Positions 12,388 through 26,325 of a stretch of 64,000 nt of DNA are shown in pieces (within the stretch, counting starts at the first letter, position 1; every line of letters begins with the position of its first letter). A model generated the notes under the pieces. The model saw only the letters and a program-made list of their open reading frames with translations, did not search any database and was not told the DNA's origin. Where the stretch lies: NCBI GenBank assembly GCA_012026655.1, contig JAAILG010001494.1, positions 1 through 64,000 on the forward strand, in the 5' to 3' direction. The translations under genes and the position numbers were made by a program. This DNA comes from Hydrolagus affinis. Lineage: Eukaryota.

Positions 12388-14039
12388 CAGCTCATCTATC
12401 TTAACCATCCAATTTCTCCACAAGATTCTCTTAATATTTCTACCTTGAATCTAATAACTGAATCATTTTAGTTGAGAGTGAAACACTATATGTTTATTTC
12501 CTTTCTGAAACTTTTGAAATCTTGTATTGGTTGAATGAACCAATACCTGAGTGACTAGCAGAATATAATTATATCTACTTCCTTCTTCATTGCATTCCTT
12601 GATGTCTCTTGTTGACAAAATGCGTACAATAAATGGATACTCTACTGGAATTGAACATGGACTCTTCAATAACACAGGTAAACTTTTCAAAGAGATTTCC
12701 ATTATAAGCGCAGAACTAAACCTTTCACATATTAAGGTCCCATCTGCCTGATAACGCAGAAGCAAAAATAGGCAGAGTAGCCACTTTTTGTATCACAGAC
12801 TCTACAACCGAATCATTGCATTTCGCTGGGAGAGATGGGCAAATATAAGAAAGGTTTGCAAAGCATGTTTTCAGAAAAAACATGACTCAGTTTCAAAGCA
12901 ATTGAACCATGTTACAGACTTCAAATGATTATCATACATCTGATATGAACAATGCCCCATTTTTGTGCTGATTAAATCAAGGGTGATTGATCCGGTTAGA
13001 TTGTTCCACAACTGTTCCCAACTTGTTCTCCTGAAAACCTCTTCTATTGATGTTGATCTTTATGTGCTTTTGGATCTTGCCTTACATATAAATCAGCGAG
13101 CGGGTCACCCTGACTCAAGGGCACTGCTAATGATAATATAGCCACCCTGGCAAATCATCGGGACTTGGAAGGACAGACCAGTGAATGTAAGCCAAAACCC
13201 TAACCCTTAGGGTGGTCCTAGCAAGACAATCAGTGGGAAAGCTTGCCTGGCAGTGCACTCAATGTTAAGCTATACAATTTTAGCTGGTTAGAATCAAGAA
13301 GTACCTCAACACACTATCTGGTCCCCAAGCCTTGGGAAAGAGTACAAATTCCATTGCAATAAACATCTTAGGAATTTCCATCTCAGGTTAGTTTGGATGT
13401 GTTTAAGCATGGTGATGGGTTTCTGTAGGTATTAGACAACCGGTTGACCAAAAAAGTCCTATATCAGGTGTTTTGAGCTCACAGTTTAGGCCAACACACT
13501 AGAACTGTGCTAAGGGACTGCTGCATTATTGTGGGCGCTATTCATCAGAGCGCATATTAAACTGAGATCCTGTTTGGCTTCTTGGTAGATTTTAAGATCT
13601 CATTACATTATTCAAAAGAGAGCAGGTTGTTTCCCTTAACCACCAATCCTCCCAAAATATTACTCATTCACTTCGTTGCCTGAGATTTTGTTGTTGTGAA
13701 AATGCCCTACAAATACACAAATCACCCCACTGTTTGTGTGAAAACAACAATTTGCATGTTTATAGCCCTTTCACAAAGGGTTATATCTCAATAACAGGAG
13801 CATTATAAAGATTAAGTTGAATTTGGAGCAAGAGGGAGGGGAAGTTGAGGGGCTATAGGCACATTCAAAGCTAAATGTTACATGTGAAACTGATGACCTA
13901 AAGTTATCTTTCAATCCATCATTCTGTTGATTTTTGCTCAAATTGGAGTTGTAAAGTGTCTGATATCATAGGAATAAGAGGAGGGCATTCAGCCCATCAA
14001 GCTGCACCACTATTTTATTAAATGATTGATCTGTAATTT

Positions 14040-14278
14040 ATTAGGGCAAAACATTAGGCAAGTTTCCTTACTCCACATAATAACCCTTCAAAACAACAAT
14101 AATAAAATTTCAATCTACGACTGTTTGTGGGACACTGCTGTGTACAATTGGCTGTCGCATTTCACCCACAAATGTACAAACAATTCACTTTACAGTATAT
14201 TCTGTGAAGCTCTTTCAGACGTCTAGAAGACATGATAAGGCAAAGGCACTATATCAAATGCAAGGATTATTATTATTA
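14040..14278 (+). mobile_element. 5'-truncated SINE of the same family, inserted into a CR1 3' UTR remnant
   Basis: ggcaagtttccttactccac...aaatgcaaggattattattatt. Confidence 0.82.
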
Positions 14279-14297
14279 CCATTTGCCTATTTTCCTC

Positions 14298-14360
14298 ACA
14301 CTGCCTGATACCTTTGCAAGCCACTTCAAATGTAAGGCTTGCAAAGGTATCAGGCAGTGT
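14298..14360. repeat. Perfect inverted repeat: 25-bp stem, 13-nt loop
   Basis: ACACTGCCTGATACCTTTGCAAGCC (14298-14322) is the exact reverse complement of GGCTTGCAAAGGTATCAGGCAGTGT (14336-14360). Confidence 0.97.
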
Positions 14361-17300
14361 TCGCCTTTGCACTGTTGGAGGTCACCCTGCTGAGTTTAGC
14401 CATTTACTAGTTTTGATCTGAAAATACCCCATAGATTATGCAGAATGAGACTGAGCTAAAGTAGGCTGTTGATTTGGGATTCTATCTACAACATCATATG
14501 TGTGTATTGAACAGAGTGATGCCCTATCTGAATCACAACTCAGTTTGGTTTAAGTGACAGATTATATGGATGATGGAAGAATCCTGTTATAAACAAAAAA
14601 TAATAAAATGCTAGATTCAAAGGTCACTTCAATTCATTTGTTTGGACTTATTGGAGATGCACAATACAATTGGCTTTTAATCCATGTGCCAATGTAGTCC
14701 ATGCTGTGAAGAATATTGCGCAATTCTGATTCCAATGACCTTCTCAAAATACCCTTCCACAGACTGCTACACACGTGTCCCCTACAGGCCAGTTTAGCCA
14801 TCCTTCCTGCAGTGAATGAAATTACCTTACTACATCTGACAAAGCCACCACTGTGGCCTGATCTCACTTTCAGTTTTGCTGTAACACTCAGTCAGGCACT
14901 AGCAACACTGACTGTTGGAGATAAATGCCCTTGAAAACAGTAATCTTGACATATGAACTGATCTTTGTGCTAGTCTTAACACATCGACAATACCTACAAT
15001 ACAAATTTACATATAAATATTGCCTTTCATGTCAACAGAACATCCCCAAACATTTATGATTGTTCTACATTGAAAAAGGATGATTCCATTTGGATCATTG
15101 TGTCTGTTCTGGCAGTTTATTAGATCATGGAGAATTTATCAGTCCAATTTATCTGTCTTTGCAATACAGACTAACCACCTTTCTTCCCAATACGCATTTC
15201 AAAGGCACTGTGGATTTGGGTCTGAAATTGAGGGTATTACTATGCGTATATAGGTATCTACAGAAAACTACAAAAACCTAAAACTATAGAAACTATCTTA
15301 GGTTTCAATGGACATTTGCCAGTGCAATAGACATTTAGAATCTTTCTCATTCAGATGGACTGTTCTGATCTAGTTGGCTGGAATCCAAGATCAACATGTA
15401 GTGTTTCACTTCAGAGTCTCATTCTACATGATCTGTGTAATCTGGTTCAGGTTACTCTGCTGTACAGTTCAAACATATTATTATATCTGTTTTTTTCCTA
15501 ATATTGGCGTATCTGCATTTTCTTCTTGACTTTCTCTCAAGTTCATGAATAGGTAGGTAACTAGATTATCCTTACATTTGATGTAGCACATTTCAGATCA
15601 GCAGAACATTGCATAGTGCTTTCATGACATACTTACTATAATGTGTAGTGACTGTATATTTTGCAGGCAAAACCCGACAACCAATGTTAAATGCTAACAC
15701 AGCAAAGACACACAAAAAAAGCCATGGTTGAACTTCACCTTTTATATCTATGCCAGATATGCTACTATTCATTTTAAGTTTAATTTCTATTATTTTCTCA
15801 GTGTTTGGGCTGAGGAATTGTTACCTACTGAGCCTTTTTTTTAAGCCCATGAATTTCTTCCCTCACAGATCCTCACTCTGTCCCACCTTCCCTGATCATG
15901 TGTCCATGAATTGGGAATGAGCAGTCTTTTCTCATGTACACACACTGAAATGGAAAGGAACACTATACCAATTCCCAACAGTGTAAGGAAGCGAGATTTC
16001 TTTTCAAGCAAAGGAATACCACCTCTGGAAAACGCATTTTCAGGTTAGCATCTGCTGGGCCACAGAAAACCCATTCCCGTTGCCACAGCAACAGAAATCA
16101 GTTCAGATGTTGATTTCCTGTGGTATGAATTATTGATGTCTCAATTGTAGATGGCCCCCTCCTTTTATTAAAAAAAAGTCCCCATGAAAGTGCAATAAAT
16201 TTCATTTCAGAAGCAATATTGTTGCAGTGGAAGTAACACAAGAAGATAGAGGGTAGCTTGGCACACCTGCTCATGGTTAAAAGTCATTCCGTTCCATTTC
16301 CCTGTGATTAGAGCCAGGGAGTAAAACAACATTGACAGGATGTACCTCTGCAACCAACGCTGTGCAGGGAACCCACCCAAGGAACCAAACCCCAAGACGT
16401 TCAGTACAGGTCAAACTAACACATGGTTTCACTTTAACACAAACATCTCTTCCCATGACCTAAGCAGGCCAGATTTGAATACCTTGAAAAAATTGTTTCA
16501 ATTGGGGCCAATTTCATAAATTTAAAGCCAATGGACTGTCAGGGCATTGTATGCACACTAGGGGAGGCCTACATTGAGGGCCAGTAATAGTAATAGATTT
16601 AAGCAATGCAATTGTGGACAGTGATTTCCTGTTGCAAGCACTTCCTATGGTCAGGAACTTCCATTTGCAGACATCTCCTGCACAGCTTTGGACAGATACA
16701 TCTCCCCAATAGTGCAGCATAAAGCAACAAGTTGAAAGTGGAACCACAGCAAACAACTTGTTAATGGAAATAATCTGGATACTATTTCCAATGTAAAGTT
16801 AGAGTACAATCAAACACAGGAGCTGATCAAGCACAGCATTCTTCATTGACTGATATCGATGTTCAAACAGAATTATGAAAGCCTCGAATGATCAAACTCC
16901 AAATGCATGCAATGTCCTCAAATTCTGCTGCACTCTCTCTTGTCTCTTTCTGTGTTCTGCTATTTTTTGATTCTTGAAAATGTAAATGGTGCCATTATGG
17001 GAGTGCAGTGCTTTTCTCTTGATCTGGTGCCCAGTATTTTATTACCATAGGCACATTTCAGGAAGTATTTCTTTAATCAAAGGTGAATTAACAGCTAAAA
17101 CAAGCGATTGAGATCAGGATGCTGGGCTCATTAAAAAAAAACACGGCCTAATGCTAGTATGAGGAGCTGCCACATTTCGCCCACAAATATACAGTCAATT
17201 CACTTTATAGTAAATTCTGTAAAACGCTTTGAGATGTCGATAAGATGTGAAAAGCGCTATACCAAATGCAAGGATTATTATTATTATTTTAGTAAGGTGG

Positions 17301-19059
17301 GTATTCTAGAAAGATGAGATCAAATGAGCCGAAGGGCATTTTTCATTCAAATCTCTTTTGTAATCTTGTGTAACTAACTAACCCCATTTAAAAACTCTTT
17401 TTTGAAACACACTGCATTTTTTTAAATTTAGTTTGATTGTAGACCAGTTTAAAGTCAATCAAGAGATCACGATTGTTCTCCCATCTTTAAATTGCTCAAT
17501 GTCCACGTGACTAGGGTGGTAAGAGGAGAGCTTCCTATAAAACCAGAAACAATTACGGCCCAGCAGAAGGCAATTTGGCCCACTGTGTCTACGCTGGCTC
17601 TTTTAAGAGCATTCCTTTAAGTCCCATTTATCTGCTCTTTCCCCATAGATCCACTGTTGACTGCTTTTTGTGTATTTATCAAGTTTCCTGGTAGGTAAAG
17701 TAGTCCAAAGTTATTTTATTTAATTTTTTTTTATTAGAATAAGGTAGATTGGACAAAAATCAGGGAATGACATAAAAATAGCTAGGGAAGAGAAATGGTA
17801 AGAAGGAACCATGCGATCAACAAAAACAAAATGATTATATTTTTAAACATTTCACATAATATTTGAATAGTCTATTTTATAGTATAAAACGAAAATTGCA
17901 GTTCTCTTGTTCTCTTGACACTGCTAACCATATTACTGTAATATTTATGCTTGTTTCAATATTACATTGAGTGAGCTGAAAAAATAGCCAACCCAGAAAG
18001 CCTGGATGTTCATGGGATTTAATGGAATATCTATGGGTTGTAGACTCATCCAGTACATTTCTTCAAAAAAAAACAAGAGGAACACTGTAATCCTCCGTCA
18101 CATAAATTTGTAGCACTGTTTGTGTACCAACATTTCGCATGAACACAAACTACATTTACACAAGCTAATAGTTCCAAAAGCAGGTTTACTGTGACACTTA
18201 ATCTGCAACATGAATGCTGTATTTTTGGTAAAACATCTTGTTACCAATATGATCCCCCAGTAATTTTCTGTTTGTAAGTATCTGGTGTCAGTAGGTTTTT
18301 CTGTAGGTTCTTTAGGAGTCAGCTTGAAGAACATGTACTTTATGGCCAGTGAGTACTGGTGAAAATGACAATTAATCCAGTTTATGCTGCAATGAAATAT
18401 TGTATGGGATCAAACCACACCAGTGTTTAATTTCCATTGTCACTCTCTTATACATCTTTGCAGGAAATGAAACACTTAAATGCTATGACTGCTTCAACCT
18501 GATCAAATGTTTGGAAGAATAAGTCACTTTTCAAATGTGCAACACATGTTGGGGCCAAATAATTGAAGGAGAATAAGTCATACCAGAGGGGTAAATATAA
18601 TACTCTGTGTTCTTGAACTCAAGACTGACTGACAGTTTTTGCTGAAAGGTCAAACAACAAAGTTCTACTTTTCTGAAAATAATTGCCTTTTTTAATGCAC
18701 AGTGCTCTTACTTGCACAACCTATCATTACATAAAAGGTCTTTTTTTAAAAAGTCCACCAGCAAAAAAAATATTTCCTTTAGATTTTATTTTGAATGAGA
18801 AATGCATTATGACAAACCTGTTATCAGCAAATCACAGTTATTTCCATACAGATGTTTAATGCCAAACTAGCAGGTGACAGCATAATGGGCTACATCTCAC
18901 ACTCTATCTTTACACTAAAGCAGGCGCCTAACACTGGAGATTAGAAAGGTTGCTGGAACGACATCCAGAGTAAACCATTGACAAACATGATGTGAGAATC
19001 CACCAAGCTGACAAGAAACTTACAATGACAATTTTGTACAAAATAGACTGATAGTCAGA

Positions 19060-19437
19060 GTCCTGTAGTTCAGTGGTTTAAGCACTTGCCTTTCAAGTGA
19101 GAGACCTGGATTCAATTCCAGGCAGGGTGAAACCTTGAGCAAGTTTTCTTACTCCACACGTCTAATAATAATCCCTCAAAATATAAGAATAATAAATTGG
19201 TCATTTCAATGCACGACTGTTTGTGGGACTACAACAACAACATTATAGTATTTATAGAGCACCTTTCACGTCGGGAGGACGTCCCGATGTGACACTGCAG
19301 TGGGCAAATAGCTACTGCATTTTGCTCACATATATACAGACAATTCATTTTACAGTATATTCTGTGAAGTGCTTTGAGATATCTAGAGGATGTGAGAAGC
19401 GCTATACCAAATGCAAGGATTATTATTTATTATTATA
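19060..19437 (+). mobile_element. tRNA-derived SINE interrupted by an antisense L2 tail (about 19230-19290)
   Basis: Head gtcctgtagttcagtggtttaagcac..ggattcaattcc; inserted acaacaac..gagcacctttcacgtcgggaggacgtccc; tail aaatgcaaggattatt. Confidence 0.88.
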
Positions 19438-22400
19438 ATTTGATACAAAATGCACTAATAAATTCACACAAAATCCAGCGATAAAGCATTTTTGGTGTGA
19501 ATAAGCTGATGATTTAACTTAAAAATGGGCTGTTAAGTTATTACACGATGAAGTGATGATTTTGCACGATTTTGCAGTAGTATCGCATGATAATTGCCTG
19601 ATGATTTAGTTATTCAATTTATTGTTCTCTTATATTGTAGCAACTTGTGATCAGAGATACTTTGCCGCTCTCTGGGTGGCTTGTAGTGATCAAGTCGGTG
19701 ACTGTAGTTGAGTTGTCCATTAGACTTCACTTCTGGCAAGAGCCAAGAGATGAACACTGCTCAAATATTTCCTTCAGGGCGAGGCCTTAACTTTCCTCTT
19801 GCTGCTGCTGATGAACCCTGTAACCCCTCAACAAAATTGGGAAGGGATTAGATATTTCCTAGTTATTCACGATTATTTTTTACCAATACCTCATTTAATT
19901 GAAAACTAATGTCAAGATTCCTGGGTTTGCAATTCTAAACAGGTTTAGATTTACTCAGTTCATGTAGCATTGTAGAATATCCAGAATTTGACACATTGTT
20001 GAATTTAGGCTTGACTTCAAAGTCAATAGTCTTTAGTTCCAAGGTGAATTTACAAATAATTGACTTTAATAGAGCAGTATTTAAGAATTTGCCAAATTCA
20101 GGATGTTCAAAATGTGACCATTGTCCAAGGACTGTTTTTTTTACTGTAAGGAGTGCAACCACTTTAAATGTGGAGCTTGGTTTACAGTTTTCAAGGTTTT
20201 CTTGACATTGGTATTGATGAGTGTGCATATTGGCTTATCACCGGTTCATAGAATCCCTTTGGTTCTGGGAAAGTGTCTTTGAAAATCAAACTACAAAACT
20301 TGCATTTCATCTGTTGTAAACAGACAATAGCCTTGCATGTTGCTACCACAGCCAAAATGCTTACATTGTAGACCCAAGATTAGATCTCTGTGCTGGACTG
20401 AAGATAATCTGATCTGTTACACAAGGCCATTGTTTTGCCAATTGTGTCATTTTGCCCTTTGCTTTTTATGTACATTTTAAAATATCTTCAACAGACGCTG
20501 CTTCTAATAGATAGTCTGGCGTTTCACCCACAAATATACAGTCAATTTTGCTACTCTCCTTCCCCCTGCCCCGATCACTTCCCCCCTGTTCTGGTCCCTA
20601 CCTGACTTTTCAGCACCTTGGGACGTCCACATGACGTGAAAGGTGCTATACAAATGTAATTTTGATTGATTGAACAGGACACATATTAATTTCTGCCGGT
20701 CATCTGAATGCTATTGGGTCCAAAGTGTTCTGACCGGTGAGCCTTTGTGATGGGATAACTTTTCTTTCAATCAGCACATTTTAGGTCCCATAAATGTGGA
20801 TAGATGGGATAAATCTGGCATGTCCCTGATCTCTGATAATTCAAATTGAGGAGCCATGCTCCCAGGACAATAACCCCTTTTCAGTTCACTTCCCACCCCC
20901 ATAAATATCACAACATCTGGAAGAGACAGTAAACCCAATCTTTAACACCTGCCAGCTCAGGTGGACATTAAAGATCCCACGGCACTACTTGAAAAGACAA
21001 GGGAGTTTCTCTCAGTGTCCCCCAAATAAAATTGATCATTCACTTCATGGATGTTGGGGGACATTCCTGGTCCAAATTGGCTGACGCGTTCAATCCAAAA
21101 TACACTTTACTGTATATTTTGTAAAGTACTTTGAGATATCCTCCTGATGTGAAATGTGCTATATCAAAGGTAAGTATTATTTTTACTTACTATTATTATA
21201 ATTGGGAACTAAAGTTCAGAGAGAGACAAACTTAGGTTTAAAATTCTAGCAATTTTTAAATTTAAAATTGTGAAGTGCTATACAGAAATATTAATTCAGT
21301 TTTAATCTAAAATGCAGTTCCATTTAAAAACTATAGGGAACTGGTTTCCAAATTAAGAGTGAATCTTTGATTTTTCTCCAATTATTGGCAAACAAATTTT
21401 ATGACAAAATGACCCTAAAGATTAAGACTGGATGTTAATTTGGGTCTACTTATACCAAGGCCACTACATTTGCAAATTGTAAATGATCAGGGGCTTTCTT
21501 CGGAGTGAAGAGTACCTGTGGCTCACCTGCAGCGGCACTGAAAATAAAGAATAATATTTATTTTAAAGGCAAAACATTTAATTTGGCAAAATAACATGCA
21601 ATTGGTTGCTGTTTCTGTGTTGCTTTGAGAATAATTATTCTAATTTTCACTTTAGAAAGTAAATATTTTAACACATCACTGGAAGGTGTGATATCCCCAG
21701 AATGAAACTCAGCTGTCATCTCTCTCACAGCTCACAAAGTTTGAATAACATTTGTACAATGACCTGGTTAAAACTGGGTAACTTCCGTTACAACAAATGG
21801 CTTTCCTTTGGGATTCTATAGAACAAATTAGCAACCAACAGTGGAGGTTTCTTGATGTGAATGGAGGTGAGGGAGTTGAGAGGTGAAGGACTATTGTGTT
21901 TATCACGTGAAGGAGACCAGCCTTATTACTCAGTCGTGTCAAAGTTGCAGTTGAATTACAGATCAAGCTGCATCATGTGCTAAACACTGACAATAATCCT
22001 GTGTCCTTTGGATGAGGCAAGAGGGAAAACATTTTCAATTCCACCATTGCTATGCACACAATAAAGTTCCAGTTGTGCATGTCTCCAATTTTGAAGACTT
22101 AAATGTCTCAGGGGCACGTTCACGTGGTTATTTTCATGGGTTTATGATTTGCAGAAAAGCTGCTTCTCTTTTGCTTCATTCACTCTCAATGCTCACCAAA
22201 ATATAAGGTTTGCACTTCTAAACTGGATGGGGAGAAGCTAAATTACATTTACTTCTCACTGAAATCTTTGTACATGTTATTTCTCTGGCAGGCTATGGGC
22301 TAAACTGTATCATGTTGTGATGTGTTAACACTTTGGAGCTCATTAGCACTGTTCAACACCACACAGGATGAAGGAGTAAAGAGGATATGAGAAATCAAGT

Positions 22401-22715
22401 TGGTAGACAACTACATACTTATCCTTAAAATTTGTTAATTGCACAGGGAGATACAGAGTTCCTCCGTCTTTAAGTCTTGGGAAAGAATGACTTTATGTAG
22501 GGGATGTTGCATTGAGTCTTGATTTGATATAAAAATAATAACGTGTAGAATAGTAGCTTTGGAGCTCACATTAGAGAGAAAAGATCAGAGGCACAAAAAT
22601 GGTTTCCTGCAGTTCTTCAAAAGCTATGCTTTCCAAACTGAGATAGATATTTTTAAAAACTACCACAATTCTGTACCATCTTGAATTTTAAGACAAATGG
22701 GCTAAGCTTTTAGAT

Positions 22716-22952
22716 AATAATAATCATTCTTGCATTTGATATATCGCTTTTCACATCTTTGAGATGTCTCAAAGCACTTCATAGAATATACTGTAAAGTG
22801 AATTGACTATACGTTTTGTGGACAAAACATGGCAGCCAATTGCTCACAGCAGTGTCCCACAAACAGTCATAAATTGAAATAATCAATTTATTATTATTTT
22901 TGAGGGATTATTATCAGGCATGGAGAAAGGAAACTTGCCCAGGGTTTCACCT
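22716..22952 (-). mobile_element. 5'-truncated SINE of the same family
   Basis: Colinear with 781-1030. Confidence 0.85.
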
Positions 22953-23769
22953 TTGAGACTAAAAATTATATTAAAATCATTAACCGATTAATACTTGGGA
23001 TTTCGGGCCTTAGACTGGGACATTTTTCCAATGTGAAGGGCGCTTTATGAGTGTAATTTGTTGTTGTTGTTAGAGGAGCAATGTCTCAAATGCAACTGAT
23101 AGAGCAAAAGTGAAATTGAAGGCAAAAGGTAACCAAAACACCCTCTATCAAAGGACAAACATTGATCTTACTTCTGACTACCATGAAGTCAAAGGAAGCC
23201 CCTGACAGTACAGTATATCAGCATCTGAGCCGGGTCCCATCAGGTGAGTGTGGAACACAACCAGGTGCTGGCAGGATTCAGTATTTACAAATCCGTTTAT
23301 ACATCGTCACAAATGACAGCCCTTTTTGTCAACAGGTTTAAAATAACAGACTTTCTCCTTGAAAAAAACACTTTGGAGTGTTTTCAAATAAATATTCAGA
23401 GTTTCAGCCCAGTCATATTTTGATTCCAAATGATGGCAAAATACAGCAATTACGCCAACTTCCATTCCTGGTGCCAACCTCATCAGATCTGGCAACCTCA
23501 TGCTTTAATCATATGAGCAAAGGCCCAAACACCTGAAGAGCAACTGAATACCTGCACAGATCCTCAGAAATAGTCATGCTGCTCAGTCATGATGGGTCTG
23601 GAGAAACTGGAGAGCTGTCACCCTGACAAACTAGAGACACAGCGATTTGAGCACTATAATGAACTGAAAACTTGTTTGAAAACCTCTCTGTCAAATAACC
23701 CTGAGCACCCGCTCATGCACACACAATTCAGGGGGCCCGTCTGCCAGCAATAAAGGCCGAAATTGGATA

Positions 23770-24260
23770 CTAGGAGAGATTAATTACCGAGATAGGGAAT
23801 GATAATGCAAGTTAAATGGGAAAGTAATTAAAGTGCACCTTCCATGAAAATTATTCATTGCTGATGGATCAGGTGACAGATAAATCAAAAACCGTTTAAA
23901 AAGCTACGGGTTAACCCAGGCAGGACTTTCCCTCGTGAGACCTTGGTAGTTTCCGCAGCTGTTGAATTGAATTATGCTGGCCAGCACTCATCAAATTACT
24001 TCTCTGAAACATACTTGAAGACCAGAGAGAAAGGACAAGGTAATGTAAAACCACTAAAATAAATGTTTGTAGGAATGCCGTCAAAGACTTTGCTTCAGGA
24101 AGAGGTGAGGAAGAGTGGAGGCGCTCAGCCGAGAAGCTCTAGCTTAGTGAATCATTCTACACCATTCAGTGCTATTCTTGCAACTGTGTCCATCAAACCA
24201 CGAGTGATAAATTAATACGTTTTCATCTCTCTGATGGATAATTCTCACAGATTAAAAAGA
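23770..24260. promoter_or_regulatory. Candidate intronic enhancer with Pbx-Hox and Meis motifs
   Basis: TGATGGAT 23862-23869, TGACAG 23874-23879, ATAAATCA (=TGATTTAT) 23880-23887, second TGATGGAT 24232-24239, several TAAT/ATTA cores; no recognisable repeat in the block. Confidence 0.45.
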
Positions 24261-25699
24261 CAATATCCCCTTTGCTGGAATGGCTTAGTGTTTCAGTAAG
24301 GTTATCCTTTTTTCCCCATCGCCTGAAGTGGCTATTTTTTGATCAAACAGGGGGCTTATTCTGGGCTCAGTGTAAAGTTTACTCTGTGAATTCTGGAGTG
24401 AATGAATGCAGAGAATAGGGCTTGTATTTTCAGCCCTGGAATTAAATTACTCCATATTCCCCCTGGAGCTCTTAACACTGCATTTTCTGTACACTAGTAT
24501 GATCCAGCCAATTAAGGGCCAGGTTCTAGACTGGTCCATGTCTCAGCTCCTATTCTCAGTGATACCTCCAGATTAATTCTACTAATTCATCTATTGTGTT
24601 TCTGTTTTTGGGAGATACATTGTCAGGTAAACTATAATAGTTGTGTGTAGTGAGTAAGGAAGCTTCTCAGAATAGTTGTAAGTGCCATTGTATAATGTAG
24701 CAAGCAAACATCGGAGTTATCAATTTGACCCAGACCACACCTCTCACTCAAGACGGCCAACAGAGCTCAGCAGACCTGCCAGGCAAATACAGAGGCTGTG
24801 AGGTTGTTGGCCAAAAACTTGCTAACTGGGCAAGTCTGAGATACAATCCATTCAAAGGTGAAAAATAGCCTGAGGGACTGTTGTGGATTTGTGCCATGCT
24901 ATGCCTCCACATTTGTCTATGTAGAATCAGAGGAAGTTTACAATACAGAAGGAATGCCAAGAGAGAGCATTACCTCAATGTCCAGCTGGCATATGTTTAT
25001 AGGAGGAAAATCTGGAATTTAATACTTCCAAATTAGGAGATGTGCTGCTTTTGACTTAGAAGAAGAGCTCTACTCTTTCAATGTCTACTTGTGTTTGTGC
25101 TGTGAGCAAGCATTCATTATGCTCTGGGTTGAGGCTATCTGAACAAATGTCATGTGGGATACTTATAGCCAGCAGAGGGAAGATACTTCAATCTTAATAG
25201 ACTGGCATACATTTGAACTAATATCACCCACCAAGCATGCCAGACAATGATATAAATGGCAAGCTCTGCAGTTTTAGCTGGTCAGACTCCAGTATTACCC
25301 CAATGCACACCATGGGGTCCCCATGCTTTGGCTCTTGCCAACCTGTGCTTTAATACTTCCTGGAATTGAAGCAAGGAAGAGAGTGCACATTCCATTCCAA
25401 CAATCTATCTCCAGAATTTCCATGTTTAGGTGGGATTCATGAGATTCTTAGTTTGGGTTGGATACTCGGAAGCAGGGTGATAGATTGCTGGATTTGTCAG
25501 ACACCCAGCTGATGGAGGGGGCTGAAAAGGTAGCCCTCAATTACAAAAGGTGCATTAAGGAGAAACTACCTGGATCTATATTTATTCTATTTATATAGCA
25601 TTTCAGAATATTCAGAGTTTGGAAAATTATTCATTTCAGTATTGATTTTGTACACTTATCTATTTCATTGTTTCCTCTCATTAGACTTTTCAAATGCTG

Positions 25700-26325
25700 A
25701 CCTACCTAGCTCCATCACCATTACGTCGCAACTTAACCAAAACTCTGTCACCAACATCCTTATTTGTAGTAAGATCAGTGCCCAATCTTTGCCAGACTCT
25801 AATGTCACAATGACTCCCAATTTAACCTCAAATATCTAGTGGTGCAGTGACTGTGTGAAGGTGGTAGAAGAGGAGACAAACTCCAAATGTTTATCACTGC
25901 AATCCTTGTTGGGACCAATTGTCTACTGTCTTTCAATGAATTGATTTAAAAATCCTCATCAATACCTACAAATCCATTCCCAACACTGCACTATCTCTCT
26001 CATATCTTCCTACCTACTCATTTGCCTACCTAGCTTTGCAAACTCAGGCTTTCTGCCTTATCCCCTAACCTAGCCACATCATTGGTGGCCAAGCTTACCA
26101 ATTCTACATCCCTAATCTCTGGAACTCCATCCTACCATTTCACCCCTTCTTCTATCTGTCTTCAAGTCCTGCATTAAAGCCTTCCACTTTGATCATACTT
26201 ATCCTCACTTCTTTGTCCCTCTCAACCGCCCACCCACCCCACCCACCGCCAAACCCAGCACCTGCTATGTCACTCTCTAGTGCTCCAAGACATTACTCTT
26301 CATGAATAGCACTATATATTGTTGT
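25700..26325 (+). mobile_element. Degenerate L2 fragments
   Basis: gaattgatttaaaaatcctc, ctctggaactccatcc, ttcaagtcctgcattaaagcc motifs and tail. Confidence 0.6.
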
